Source: the human T2T-CHM13v2.0 reference genome, Homo sapiens. From it: a stretch of 64,000 bases of DNA. The position numbers and the translations under genes are program-made. The DNA lies in assembly GCF_009914755.1 (NCBI RefSeq), contig NC_060934.1; one strand, given 5' to 3'. Below, in pieces: positions 31,610 to 44,270 of the stretch; position 1 is the stretch's first letter; each line of letters opens with the position of its first letter. The notes under the pieces are model-generated. The model was given only the letters and a program-made list of their open reading frames with translations. It did not search any database and was not told where the DNA came from.

Positions 31610-32722
31610 TCATACCAAAACCCAGGGAATCTCAAACTAAATGAAACAGTCAATAAATGCTGACATCTACATGAAAGAGATGTTAGAATTACCTGACAAA
31701 GATCTTAAAGCAGTCATCAAAAAAGTGACTCAACAAGCAAATATGAACATGCTTGAAACAAATTGTAAAATAGAAAGTCTAGGCAAAGAAAGAGAAGATA
31801 CAGTACAAAGAAGAACCAAAGGGGAATTTTAGAGTTGAAAATTACAGTAACAAAAATCAGTGGATGGGCTTAACAGAATGAGGACAAAGGGAAGAATCAG
31901 TGAATAGGAAAATGCATAGAAATCACCTGGTCAAATAACAGAGAGAAAAATAGACTGAAAAAAATAAAAGAGGAATCCAGGAGACTATAATACAAGACCT
32001 AACTTTCATGTCATTCAAGTCCCAGAGCAAAGGAGAAAGAGGATTGGCTGAAAAAATACTCGAAGACTGGAAACTCCTTGAATTTGGCAAGAGATGTAAG
32101 CCTGCAGGTTCAAGAAGCTTCATAAACCCCAAGCAGAATAAAACCAGACAAATCCATGCCAAAACACATCATAATTAAATTTCTGAAACATAAAAAAAAG
32201 TCTTGAAAACAGCAAGAGACAGCTATCTTGGAAGACAGTTCAGATGACAGTGGATTTGTCATCAGAATCACAGAGGTTAGCAGGCAGTGGTATAATATTT
32301 TTCAAGAGCTGAAAGAAAAGAACTGTCAACCCAGACCCTTTTACCTAGTTAAGTCATCCTTCTCATTCGCATTCTCAGATGAAGGGAAACTAAGAAAATT
32401 TGTCACCAGCAGACCTATGCTAAAAGAATGCCTGAAGAATCTGTCCAGACAGAAAGCAAGTAATAAATGAAAGAACCATGGAACATCAGTAAGGAAGAAA
32501 AAATGCAGCAAGCAAAAGTATGGATAAATAAAAATAGGGTTTTGTTATCCCAGAGAAATGAAGACATGTTCACACAAAAACCTGTGCACAAAAATTTATA
32601 GCAGCTTTATTTGTAATATCCAAAAACTGGAGAGAACCAGCTGTTCTTTATGAAATGAATGGTGAAACACACTCTGGAATAGCCACACCATGAAATACTG
32701 CTCAGCAGCAAGTAGGAACAAA

Positions 32723-33020
32723 CTTCTTTTTTTTTGTTGTTTGAGACAGGGTCTTCCTCTGTCCAATAAGGTGGAATACAGTGACACAATCATGGCTCAC
32801 TGCAGCCTCAACCTCCCAGGCTCAGATGATCCTTCCACCTCAGCCTCCCAAGTCACTGGGACCACAGGCAGGTACCACCAAACCTGGCTAATTTTTAAAA
32901 ATTTTTATGTAGAGACAAGATGTCACTATGTTGCCCAGGCTGGTCTCCTGGGCGCAAATGATCATTCCTCCTCAGCCTCCCAAAGTGCTGGGACTACAGT
33001 CCTGAGCCACTGTGCCCGGC
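32723..33020 (-). mobile_element. AluJ
   Basis: Antisense Alu with J-type ATCATGGCTCACTGCAGCCTCAACCTCC. Confidence 0.85.
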
Positions 33021-33685
33021 TGGAAGAAACTATTGATACAATCAGAAACCTGCATGAATCCCCAGAATTACTCTGAATGATAAAAGCCAGCCCCAAAAGG
33101 TTACATATTATATAATTCTAATTGAAATGCCAAAATTATAGAAATGGATAACTGATTAGTGGTTGCTAGGGATTAAGGGGTGGGAGGGAAATGGATGTGG
33201 CTATAAAAGGGCAACTAGTGATTCTTGTGGTGATGGGATATTCTGTATCTCCACTGTATCAGTGTCAAATCCTGGTTGTGATACTGTATTACAGTTTTGT
33301 AAGATGTTACCACTGGGGGAAACTAGGCAAAAAGTTCAGGGATCTTCTGTATTATTTATTACAACTGCATATCAAACTACAATTATCTCAAAATAGAATT
33401 TTTCATTTTAAAAATATGATGATAAGATTAGAAACAGACTTGTGTCCTGACTATATTGTTTAATTACTAGAGATTTTGCTATATAAAAATATTAAGTACT
33501 AGAGATTTTACTATGTAAAAATAATCTTGCAGTGGTGGGGGATGGGGAGTTATTCCTCCGGAAAATAAGACACTGAGATGCCTAGAGAAAAAGATGATGG
33601 ATTTGACTAGATAAAAATGCAAAACGTTTGCATGACTAAAGGCCCTATAGACTTCAAAAGACAAACCACAGAATGGTTTATTATT

Positions 33686-33860
33686 ATTTGGGTTTGTCCA
33701 CTGTCTCCTCGATATTAGATTCAGGTCACGCATTTTTGGCAGGAATGCTGCAGACCTACTTCCGTGCCCTCCTTGATGCACCACACCAGGATGAATTTGG
33801 AAGTTTATTCCATCACTGATGATGATATCAGCTTTCACTATTTGGTGAAGTCAATATTCA
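33686..33860 (+). repeat. 175-bp direct copy of 34647-34821 (165/175 identical)
   Basis: Manual ungapped alignment at offset 961. Confidence 0.95.
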
Positions 33861-34109
33861 TTTGTAGTGAAAATTCACTACAAGACACACAAAATAGAAA
33901 AGAAATTTAATACAAATTCAAAAAGCATTTCATTTAGTAAAAACAAAAATGATCTAATAGAAAAATGAGCAAAGATTACAGATCATTTAAAAAATAACAG
34001 GAAGCTGCGAATACGTGAAAATAAGCTCAACATCACTAGTGATGAGACCAATGCAAATTCGAGTACCTGTGAGTTGCCTTTTTTGCTCCTAACACATTGG
34101 CAAAATTAT

Positions 34110-35390
34110 TTTTCTCCTTAAACCTTGTGTTTGAAACAATTCCAAACTTAGAGAAAAGTTAAAGAATAGTGCAAAGAACTCCTATACCTCATCTCCCCAG
34201 ATTCACCACTGTTCACATTTTTCTTCCTGTGTTCTCTTTTTTTTCCCTGTCCCTCCCCCACTCTCTCCACATGTATATGCAATTTCTCTCTTGAACCATT
34301 TGGCGATGTTACTTCTATTCACCATGCCTCCTTGCTCCCAAATATTAAATCTTTATCTTCCGTAGACAAGGACATGTTCCTACTTAGCCATGGTACATCT
34401 GTCAAGTACTGAATAGGAAAGTTAGCATTGATACAATACTGTTATCTAACCAAAATTCATATTCCAGTTTTGTCAGCTGTCCCAATGTTGTCTTTGACAA
34501 TAATTTTTTTCCATCCAGGATCACGCTTTGCATCCAATCATCCTGTCCCAGTGGTCTCTTTAAACTGGGACACCCTCCACCTTCCTCTCCTCTAGCATTC
34601 ACATTTTGGAAGGGAGATTTCCACTTAGGCTGTAGACTGTGCCTCCATTTGGGTTTTTCCACTGTCTCCTCAGGATTAGATTCGGGTCATGCATTTTTGG
34701 CAGGAATGCTGCAGACCTACTTCCATGCCCTCCTTGATGCACCACACCAGGATGAATGTGGAAGTTTATTCCATCACTGATGATGATATCAACTTTCACT
34801 ATTTGGTGAAGTCAGTATTCACTGGGCTTCTCAATTAAAAGGTTATTATTTTTCCTTTTGTAACAAACCAGGACTTTTATGGGCAGATACTTTGAGTCTA
34901 TGTGATTCCGTGTTCCTGCACAAACTTTCACCCTCAAATTTAGCATCTGCTGATGGTTGTTGTCTGAATCAGTTATTCTAATTGTCAAATGATTATCTTT
35001 CTAAATTCCACCTACTTTTACTAGCTGATGCTTTATTATACTATAAGGACAAGCTTTTCCTTATCTTTTTATTTCATATCGTTATTGGATGATGAGCTCA
35101 TGGAGTCTTATTTTATTCAGGGGCCATAATTCATTCCTATCATTCATTCTGATGCCCAGAATGTCCCAGCTGGGCCAATGGGAGCCCCTTTGCTTGGTTC
35201 CTGTGCCCTGTAATATGCTTTCCTTGTTCTCTGAGTCCTTCCTTACTTTCAGTGAGATGTTCTAACCTCATTTTTTTTCTGCTCCAGCCCTGGAAACTTT
35301 TCTCCAGGGAGCCCTGGTTCCTTTTAGTGGAGACAGAATTTAGAAACCAAGATGTGAGTGCTGGGTGTGCTCATCGTTACTCTAGAATTC
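34110..35390 (-). mobile_element. L1MC-type 3'UTR, antisense
   Basis: ttccaaacttagagaaaagttaaagaatagt...ctccagccctggaaac...tagaaaccaagat. Confidence 0.7.
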
Positions 35391-36449
35391 CTGAAGGCCT
35401 GGGGATGGAGCGCTCTCATTCTCACTTCGGGGAGAGAGCTGATGCAACAGTTTAAGGGGCATTTGGCCATCCTTGTCAAACGTGGCCATGTGCCCATCTG
35501 CACACAGACACACCATTTGCAGGAATCTGTTCGACAAAGAGGAGCACACAAGTGCATAACAACAACCCATGGAAGCAACCAGAGTGTCCATCAAGGTCAG
35601 CTAAAAAAAAAAAAAAAACACTGAGCTCCCTCCCTTTCTAAACGACACTCAGCGTACATTGAAAATAATAAGACTGATTTGTTCAAGTTCAAGAATTACT
35701 AAAGGAGAAGAAGCAACTAATAGAGTGGCACATGTAATCTGATTTTTAAATACATTTAAAATAAAATGTGTGTGTGTGTGCGCGCGCATGTATCTTATAT
35801 ACATGAGTGTGTTTGTATAGGAAATACTCTGGAAGGACGAAGTCCAAGCTCCCAAGTAATGTTATCGCTCAGAGAGGGTAGTGAGCAGAGGTATGGAGGC
35901 TGGTAATACAAGCAGAAAATTATAGTTTTTATTTCATAAACTTCTGAACTATTTGAAGACTTTATAGCAGCCATATAGTTCCTCTATCTGTAATATTTTT
36001 TAAAAGTGTTAAAAGACAATAGGCCAAAAACGACAGCCGGCTCTCTAGCCTACAAAACTGGCCAGCACTGTTGAAATATACTAAAGTAGTTTTAAAAATA
36101 AAGAGAAAGGTACTCACCAGAAGTGGGATCAATCGGCCTTGGAAGCAGAGGAAGAAGAGAAGGAAGAGGAAACCTTGGCAGTGTTTATTGTACCTGCCCT
36201 GGAGCAGAGGTGGGGCCCTGGCCCATCTTGGTTCTCTGTGAAGTGGCCCTGCAGGCTCTTGGGGACATCCCCAGGCTCTTGGGAACATCCAGCTCCCCAG
36301 CTCTGATCCTACCCACCACTGGCTTCCCCTGAGTGGTCCACAGGGGGAGAGGATGTAGTGGCACCAGCCATAGGACCAGAGGTCCCTGACCTGGGCTGTA
36401 CTGCTCTTCCTCAACTTCTGATCATATAGATGGATCCGCACGTGGTCAG

Positions 36450-36665
36450 GAGGATGGATTCTGGAGTCAGACTTTCTGAATTCACACCCTGGCTCACCGC
36501 TCACTGACTTGGAACTTGGAACATGGCAATTTCCCCCCTACCCAACCTCTCTGTGCCTCTCTGTGCCTCAGTTTCAACATCTGTAAAATGTCCCCATACA
36601 GTTGTTGGAAAGGTCAAATTAGTAAATATGCCAAGTGCCTAGGACAGTAGCTAGGATGTAGTAGA
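36450..36665 (+). mobile_element. MIR
   Basis: ctggagtcagact...ctctgtgcctcagtttcaacatctgtaaaatg. Confidence 0.7.
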
Positions 36666-36802
36666 CTCTCCAAAACGATTGTTTGTGATATTATTCCTAG
36701 AAGTCACAGTGGGCACACCCTTCTCTTTTTTCAGAATGTAACAGGAATGAGGCCAGGGTTTTACTCTTAGGTGTGATATTCCTGATCGTTTGCCATAGTG
36801 GT

Positions 36803-37240
36803 GTGTATTCGCTAGGAATGCTTTCAACTGCAACAGTTCCAAACATAGCAGCTTAAACAAATAATGTTTTGTTTTGCCTCCATTTACAAGAGGCCTGCCA
36901 GTAGGCAGCTGCTGGCCTGGGTTCAGCAGTTCAACCCCGTCAGAGCTTTGTCTATCTTTCATGCATTCTGCCTCAGGGTTGCAATATGGTTGCCCCAGTG
37001 CCTGGCATCACATCTATCTTCAATGTAGGAAGAAAGGAAATGGAAAGAAAAGAGCTGCATTTGGCTCTTTTGACAAGAAAACAAACCTTCTCAAAATATC
37101 CCAGCTGACTGCCACTTAGGTCTCATTTACCAGAACTGTGTCATTTGACCACACTTAGTTCAAGAGAGGCTGGGAATATATTTAGACTTTTAGCCTCAAT
37201 AGTGCAGATCTCAAGGGAAAGGCGGTTGGAAACAGCCTCA
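36803..37240 (-). mobile_element. Old MLT1-type MaLR LTR
   Basis: gctttcaactgcaa...cagcttaaacaaa...ctcatttaccagaactgtgtcat...caagagaggctgggaa. Confidence 0.55.
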
Positions 37241-38069
37241 TGGAGCTTGCCACTATTTTCTTTATCCCATTAAGAAGATCCGTATGGCCCATGTTTGAGT
37301 GACATGTGTTTGAGTGAGGAATGGTTGGTGGCATACACCAAATGTTTTCTCAGCAGAGGGACCATCCCAGTGTCTCTATCCCGCTCCTACTCTAGGGGTC
37401 CAATTAAATGGAGTCCCACCTATTATGAAGCAGCAGCAGGGGAAATTCATCTGTGGGGGCAGCTGGGAGCTCCAGGACTTAGCAAACCTGACAGCCTGTG
37501 CAGACCAGGATGCAGGGCTTCCAACCCCAGCCACCTCCCTGCCGAAATGGCCACCACTGCCAGCTCCAGGTTGCTGGAGGAAGCTGGAGGCTGCCAGTTT
37601 GCTAGCTCCAGGCTTTGACAGCAAGGGCATCTCTGGTCAGTGCCTCCTGGATTGTTCAACCTGTTTCCATCTTCCAGGCTCTCAGGAGCACTGGGCAGTG
37701 CAGTGGGGTGGGGGCTTGGGAGCTCCCATGTGTGACAGACACAGCTCCCAGCTTCCCTTCACATCCGCAATGCAGGCCTGGCTGATGGTATCTAGTTCCT
37801 GAGACCCTGCAGTGAACTCAGATCCCAGATACTTTCCCTTGATAACAGCTTCACCTTTTTCATCTCTTTTAACAAATACCAACTCCTGGCTGAAACCCAG
37901 ACTCCTGGCTGGATACCAAGTCCTGGCTGAAAACCCCTTGCTGCTTCCCAGAAACAGCCTGGTCTGACATGGTCAGTGGAGAAGAGAGTGGGCCTGGTGC
38001 CCACAGCCACTTACTGCCTTCTCTGGGCCCCAGTTCCTCCTGGTGAAATCGAGAGGGTGGGTAGGATGC

Positions 38070-38604
38070 TTCCTGGCTGCCCCCTCTGTGCACAACTGGT
38101 GGCTGTGGGTCCTGGTTGCCCCTCTGTGCACACTCTGTGGTTGTGAGTCCTGGCTGCCCCCTCTGTGCAAGCCCAGTGGGTGTGGGTTCTAGTCACCCCC
38201 TCTGTGCACACCCGGTAGCTGTGGGTCCTGGTTGCCCTCTCCGTGCACACCCCCTGATGTGGGTCCTCATTGCCCCTCTGTGCACACCTGGTGACTGTGG
38301 GTCCTGGTTCCCCACTCCGTGCACACCTGATGGCCATGGGTCCTGGTTGCCCCACTCTGTGCACACTCAGTGGTCACGTGTCCTGGTTGCCCCATTCTGT
38401 GCACACTCAGTGGTCATGGGTCCTGGTTGCCCCACTCTGTGCACACCCAGTGGCTGTGGGTCCTGGTTGCCCCACTCTGAGCACACCCAGTGGCTGTGGG
38501 TCCTGGTTGCCATCTCTGTGTACAACCTGTGATTGTGGGTCCTGGTTGCCATCTCTGTGTACAACCTGTGATTGTGGGTCCTGGTTGCCCCTCTGTGCAC
38601 ACCC
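38070..38604 (+). repeat. Minisatellite, 14 units of 38-40 bp
   Basis: Unit TCCTGGTTGCCCCACTCTGTGCACACCCAGTGGCTGTGGG; units start near 38071, 38110, 38148 ... 38579. Confidence 0.97.
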
Positions 38605-40149
38605 ATCTTGCTCCTCATCTGGATGAAGTCACTGCCCATGGTGGCCTCATGCAGCCTGTGATGCTGGGCTCTCACTTGCTCCACTTTCCAGATGAGGAAA
38701 CTGAGGCTCAGAAAAGCTGTCCCTTGCCTGGATCTGAGCCTGGTCTTGCAGCCCAGAGCTCTTGCCACCTGGCTGCACCCCTGGCAGTGACCAAAATTGT
38801 TGGTCCCGACCCAGACCTCAGAGGGTCAGTGAAGAGTGTCCTGGGTTGGCTTCTCCTCCCCTCTGCAAATCCTCTCAGCCCACACTCTTTCAGCTTCTCA
38901 CAGACCACATGAAATAATGTGATAGATGCAATATGAGATTAGGAGCTGAACCTCATCCAGGTCAGGAAATTCCAAGCGCAGTCTCCCAGCTCAGCTCTGG
39001 CTCCCGTATGCTGCCCCCAGGTCGCAGCGGGGTGTGCAGGGGACCATTGCAGGCTGCAGGGGCACCTGCATCCTCTAGAACTTCCTGAAGACCAGACGCT
39101 CTGATTTTCCAACCAGCACCAGCCCAGTCATTTCCCTCTGCCTCCCTGGGGACTGTCCCAGCCGCCATCCCTTGCTCCTGCCTCCCTGGGGACTATCCAA
39201 GCCACCATCCCTTGCTCCTGCCTCATGCGGGTTTCCTCTCTAGCCAGATCCTCCCCGTCTGTATCCAAAAATACTGTTACTTCCCTGTCCTTAAGACAGT
39301 GTGTTTGACTGCTTTGCTTGTTTGTTTGCTCCTCTTGATGGTAAAACTGCTCCAGAGATGTGGCCCCATCTGGGGTTGCCCCACTGAAGCCCTCCACAGA
39401 GACTTTGTGACACCTGACCACTAACCTCACCTCGCTAAACTGAGGCAGAGCTTGGCAACAGTGGTGACTCAGTGGCTCAGCCCTCCTCTTGAAACACCAT
39501 CCTCCCGAGTTCCAGGACCCCTCTGCCAGGCCCCTCCCTCCTTCTCCATCCCCCACACCTCCCCCCATCTTCCCGTGGGGGGACCCAGTGCTCGTCTCTA
39601 TTCACACTCTACAGACTCCGCGTGACACCAGGCCCCACCTCTGCACCCTCCACCTCAAGGATGGATACACCTTCCGGGCTGTACCCGTGAACCCCAGCCT
39701 CCAGGTCTACCCAAAACCTGCTCACCATCACCTTCTCAGGTACAAAAACAGCCCTCTTCCCTCACACCCCCACCGCCCAACCTGTGGTCTACCTTGGAAA
39801 TAAACCTCACACCTCTGGTCATCTCTACTGCCACCCCACTCCCCACCCAAACCACTCAACAGCCACCTGGACCTGGGAACATGGCAGCTGCTGGAGGTCT
39901 TAAAGGCGCCCTTTCCCTAAGGTAAGCTGAAGCCCAGATGCCAGCACAGCCCCTTCTCCTCTCTGCCCTGGTCCCCACCTCCTCTCACCCCCTCACTGTA
40001 CTCCAGTGCCCTGGTCTCCTGAGCACCCTCAAACACATGTCCCCAAATCCAATTCCGCCCCCAGGTCCCATGATTCCCTCTCTTCCTTCTACAACTCATT
40101 TCTCAAATAACTCCTGCCCTGCTATCCCATCTTAAACCGCACCCACCCT

Positions 40150-40610
40150 GGTGTTGGTTAGCCAGTGCTGAGGAACAAATCAGCCCAAACCTTAGGGGCT
40201 TCTGAGAACATTACAGTCTTAGCTTCTGCGGGTCAGGAGCCTGGGCATGGCTCACTGCCACGTCCCCCACCCCCAGCCCAGGGTCTCCCATAGGCTGCAC
40301 TCAGGGTCCACTGGATCGGGTCATCTCAGGGCCGGGTCCACCTCAGGCTCCCTTACAAGGCAGGAATGGGCTCCCTCTCAAATTGTAGCAAGGGCTGCCC
40401 CAAGTCCCTGGCACACGGTCCCCCAGAGCGCTGCTGAGGACATCGAAGCAAGCAAGGCAAGAGAGGGAGCAGGCACCAGTGAGACAACCCACAGGCCTCT
40501 GTCAGACGGGGGCCTTGGGGGTGGCAGCCATCCCTTCTGCCTTTTCCATCCATTAGAAGTAAGTCCTGGCCCAAGCAGCCTCTGGGGAAGGGCAGCTCAA
40601 GAGTATGGCC
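40150..40610 (-). mobile_element. Old MLT1-type MaLR LTR
   Basis: gcttctgcgggtcaggagcctgggcatggctca...cccttctgccttttcc...attagaagtaagtc. Confidence 0.55.
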
Positions 40611-41158
40611 CCAGCAGTGGGCGTGAAGCTCTCCTCCCCACTGCGAGCTTCTCACTCCCCACGTAGGCGGCTCCAGTGCCCAGCTCTTTGTCTGTCTCCT
40701 TCAAGGAGAATGCAGGCTCTTGAGGGCAGGGCACTCCCTGTCGTCCCAAGCTTCATCCCCACCACCTGCCCTGTCACAGCATCAGCACAGCTCACAGCAG
40801 GTGCTGAATAAACACTCGTGAACTTCAGAAAGCCCCTCACAGCACAGGAGGAGAAATGGCCATCCTCCCCAGAGACTTCGCTGGCATTTTCCTATGTTAC
40901 AGCCTGATCCTAGGACCCACTGAAGGCTGGTTTCTGCAGGAGTGAGGAAGCCTGGGTGTGAGCCCCTGAAGCTGGGGCCATACTGGTTATCTCGGCCCAG
41001 CGGCCTGGAAATCACACCCTCCCCAGACTTGTCCCCACATCTGAGAGGAGAGACACATCGCAGAGCCTGGCCTCGAGGTCTCAGGGGTCCCATAAGGGGG
41101 TGGGGCTAGGTTCATTCTTTTACATATGTTTTCAAATATTGCTAAAAGTCATAAATTG

Positions 41159-41308
41159 GGCCAGGCATAGTGGCTCAGGCTTATGGTCCCAGCACTCTGG
41201 GAGGCTCAGGTGAGAGGATCTCGAGTCCAGGAATTCGAGGCTACAGTGAGCTGTGATTGCACCACTGTGCTCCAGCTTAGGTGACACAGACCCTGTCTCT
41301 TTAAAAAA
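41159..41308 (+). mobile_element. Alu monomer (FRAM/FAM-like)
   Basis: Single-arm Alu with perfect TSD TCATAAATTG at 41149-41158 and 41309-41318. Confidence 0.85.
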
Positions 41309-42309
41309 TCATAAATTGTTAGACATACTTTTGGGGAAGTCGTTTGGTACACACTCCTTGACCAGTATGTCCAGATCCTGGAATTACTGATTTTTTTCTA
41401 TAGTCACACATGAATGCAGAGATGTGCAGTGCAGCTTTGTCTATAGGAGCAAACAAATAGAAAAGCTAGATGTCCTCGAGTAGGAGTGGATGAATTATTA
41501 CAGCACAGCCCCACGGTGGAACACTGCACAGCCACTGGAGTCCCAGGCAGAGCCGCATCTGGGTGCATCACCATCTACCTCTTTATGTAACCAGCAGACA
41601 GCTATAGGGCCTGCACCTTCCGAGCACTGGAGGCAGGGAACCGCATCGCTGCCTTCAGGAACTTTATGTCAGGGTTAATGCCAACATGCAAATAAGAATG
41701 CAAACACACAGACAAATGCAGCTATCACAGGGGTGTAAGGAAGGCAGAGCAGGACAGGGAGATTGGGAACATGTTTCACACAGCAATCCGGGTGGCTGCG
41801 CAGATGCCAGGGCACAGTGAGGGAGAGGCTGCAGCAAGCTGGGGCCGGCCCCTCCCAGGCAGGAGGAATGGCCAGGCAGGGCAGGTGGGGGTGAGCCAGG
41901 GTGAGGAGGATCCTGTGGCACCTGGCAGCCACACTGGCATTCCATACTGATCTGTGTTACAACACAGGCACCCACCTATCAGAGCAGCCTGGGCCACTCG
42001 TTGCCAGCTGCAGACAAGGGTCAGGCTAACTGGTGCTGATAAGACACCAGCCCCCATGCACCTGGTGTGATAGGGCGTTGCTGCCTGCCAGTGTCACTCT
42101 GGAGCAGATCAGCAGGGGTGAGGGCAAGGGCAGGGGCCGGGAGGAGGCTGCATGACCCAGGGTGGGGAGGCCGACCTAGAGAAGCAGAGTGGGGCAGGTC
42201 GGGGAGACAGATATTCTGAGGGGCCCAGGACCTCCACGTTCTGAGACGCTCCGCACACAGCTTCTGGAAATGTTATGTGGAATGAACCATCATCTGGTCT
42301 TTCCCTTCT

Positions 42310-42608
42310 TTTTTTTTTTTTTTTTTTTGAGTTGGAGCCTCGCTCTGTCACCCAGGCTAGAGTGTAGTGGCATGATCTTGGCTCACTGGAACCTCCACCT
42401 CCCAGGTTCAAGCAATTCTCCTGCCTCAGCCTCCTGAGTAGCTAGGATTACAGGTGTGTGCCACCACACCCAGCTAATTTTTGTATTTTTAGTAGAGACA
42501 GGGTTTCACCTTGTTGGCCAGGCTGGTCTGGAACTCAACCTCAGGTGATCCACCTGCCTCGGCCTCCCAGAGTGCTGGGATTACCGGAGTGAGCCACCAT
42601 GCCTGGCC
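42310..42608 (-). mobile_element. AluSx-like
   Basis: Full antisense Alu with poly-T. Confidence 0.9.
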
Positions 42609-43781
42609 TTTTTCTTTCATAGACCTTTGAGATTGCCGAAGTCCCTTCCAAGACTCAAATCTACTGGCTCGGATACAGGACATGGGCATTTGGAGTAGAC
42701 CTCCACCCAGACACAGGAAAGTAGCCCCCCATCTCCGTCCTCACTGGGGTCCACTTGGCAACCCAGCCCAGCACTTGGACACGGATGGCCTACTCTGCCC
42801 CAGTGCAGACAGCTCCAGGTACCAGGTGCTCCTGAGCCCTGGCCACAGGTCAGACCCCATTCTGAGAATGGTCAGAATCCAGAGAGAGGCCTCAGGTCCT
42901 GTGACCCCGAGGTGCTGACCAAGGACCTCGCATGTGTCTGGCAGCATGCTGGGCCTCACAGGAGGAAAGGGGGCCCTGGGCCCTTCATGTACATTGCTGC
43001 AAGGTGGGCGCTGTCATGTGACGGGGAGTGTGGAGGCCTCGGGTGGCCCACAATAGGCAGTGGGAGGACAAGGCCAGGGCCCAGCGCCTGCAATTCTCCA
43101 TCACACCCTGTGTGCTGAGCAGCCATCCTTCACCCTCAGGCTCCTCCTCGTGGGGGCACAGGGGACCCTGGCTCGGGGAGTCCATCACTTGCACAGGTGT
43201 CACAGGCATAGAAGTCCAAACTCAATGGATGCCCTTGCCTCCAGCTCCCAGCTGAACATCCTGGCTGAAAGGGGCTGACCGCCCTGACTTTCCTCTGAGG
43301 TAGGTGAGCTCTGGGGGCTCCATGAGGGAGGTGGCTGTGTCCAGGCCACACATCCCTCTCCACCAAAGCGTCTGCCCTGATGACATCACCTCACACCGCC
43401 AAGCCATTACTCACAGAATTACGGCTTGTCTGGAAGTTGGATGAGATGTATACAATGCACCAGGATGACAAATCCTCCCTTTGAGTGGGTCATTTCCCGA
43501 AGGAGATTCCAAGGATTCACAGATCAGCGTATCCTGGCATTGCAGGCAGTGGAAGCCGAGGCCCCTGAGATGTGTCTGGGTCTAGTCTCGCTGTGCTAAT
43601 GAGGCCCCAGGGCCAGAGTGGACACTGACGTCCCTGTGGGGCAGTGCCACATGATCACATCCATGTAGTGAAGAGGCATTCTGGACTTTGTCCCTAACTC
43701 CTGGTGGTGAACCATCTTTGGAACCTGATCCCTGGGCCCAGACTCCCTGGTGGGTCTGACCTCTAGCCCACAGCACAGCAG

Positions 43782-44270
43782 GTTGCAGATCTCATTGTCC
43801 AGAAACAGCCACAGCAATATTTCTGTGTTCCTCCAGGATCTGGCCACCACTCATTGAGAGGCAGAGTCTATTTCTCCTCTCCTTGAAACCAGGGGTGCCT
43901 TCACAACTGCTGAGATGAAGAGGAGAGAGGGTTTTAGGTGACTTCCGATGATGGGTCACAGACAGTAACGTGACTCTGGCCACCACATTGTAAGGAAGCC
44001 CAGCGGTCCCGGCCCACAGCTCCAGCAAGGGAGCTGTTAGTCAACCGACAGTCAACAACAGCCACCAGCCACCAGTTGCATGAGGGGAGCTCAGTGTTGC
44101 CAGCCCCAGCCCGCAAGCCGCCTGCCCTAAATGAGACAGAGCTGAGCAGAGACAAGCTACTGCACGGAGCGCTGCCCGGATTGCAGACTCAGGAGCAAGG
44201 CAAATGATGGTGTTGCTTTAGGACACTCAGCTTGGGGGTGGCTTCTCATTCAGCGCTAGACAGGGAGAAC
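43782..44270 (+). mobile_element. MLT1H-type MaLR LTR
   Basis: gagtctatttctcctctccttgaa...tgtaaggaagccca...tgcccggattgcagactcaggagc. Confidence 0.6.

Noticed and set aside
33479-34799. Two near-identical ORFs (ADIIISDGINF.../VDIIISDGINF...) suggesting paralogous genes
   Set aside because: Explained by the 175-bp duplication of L1 3'UTR sequence
38011-38768. Repetitive Cys/His-rich ORFs; CRISPR-like appearance of the array
   Set aside because: These are translations of a minisatellite; units are contiguous with no unique spacers, there are no cas genes, and the DNA is human
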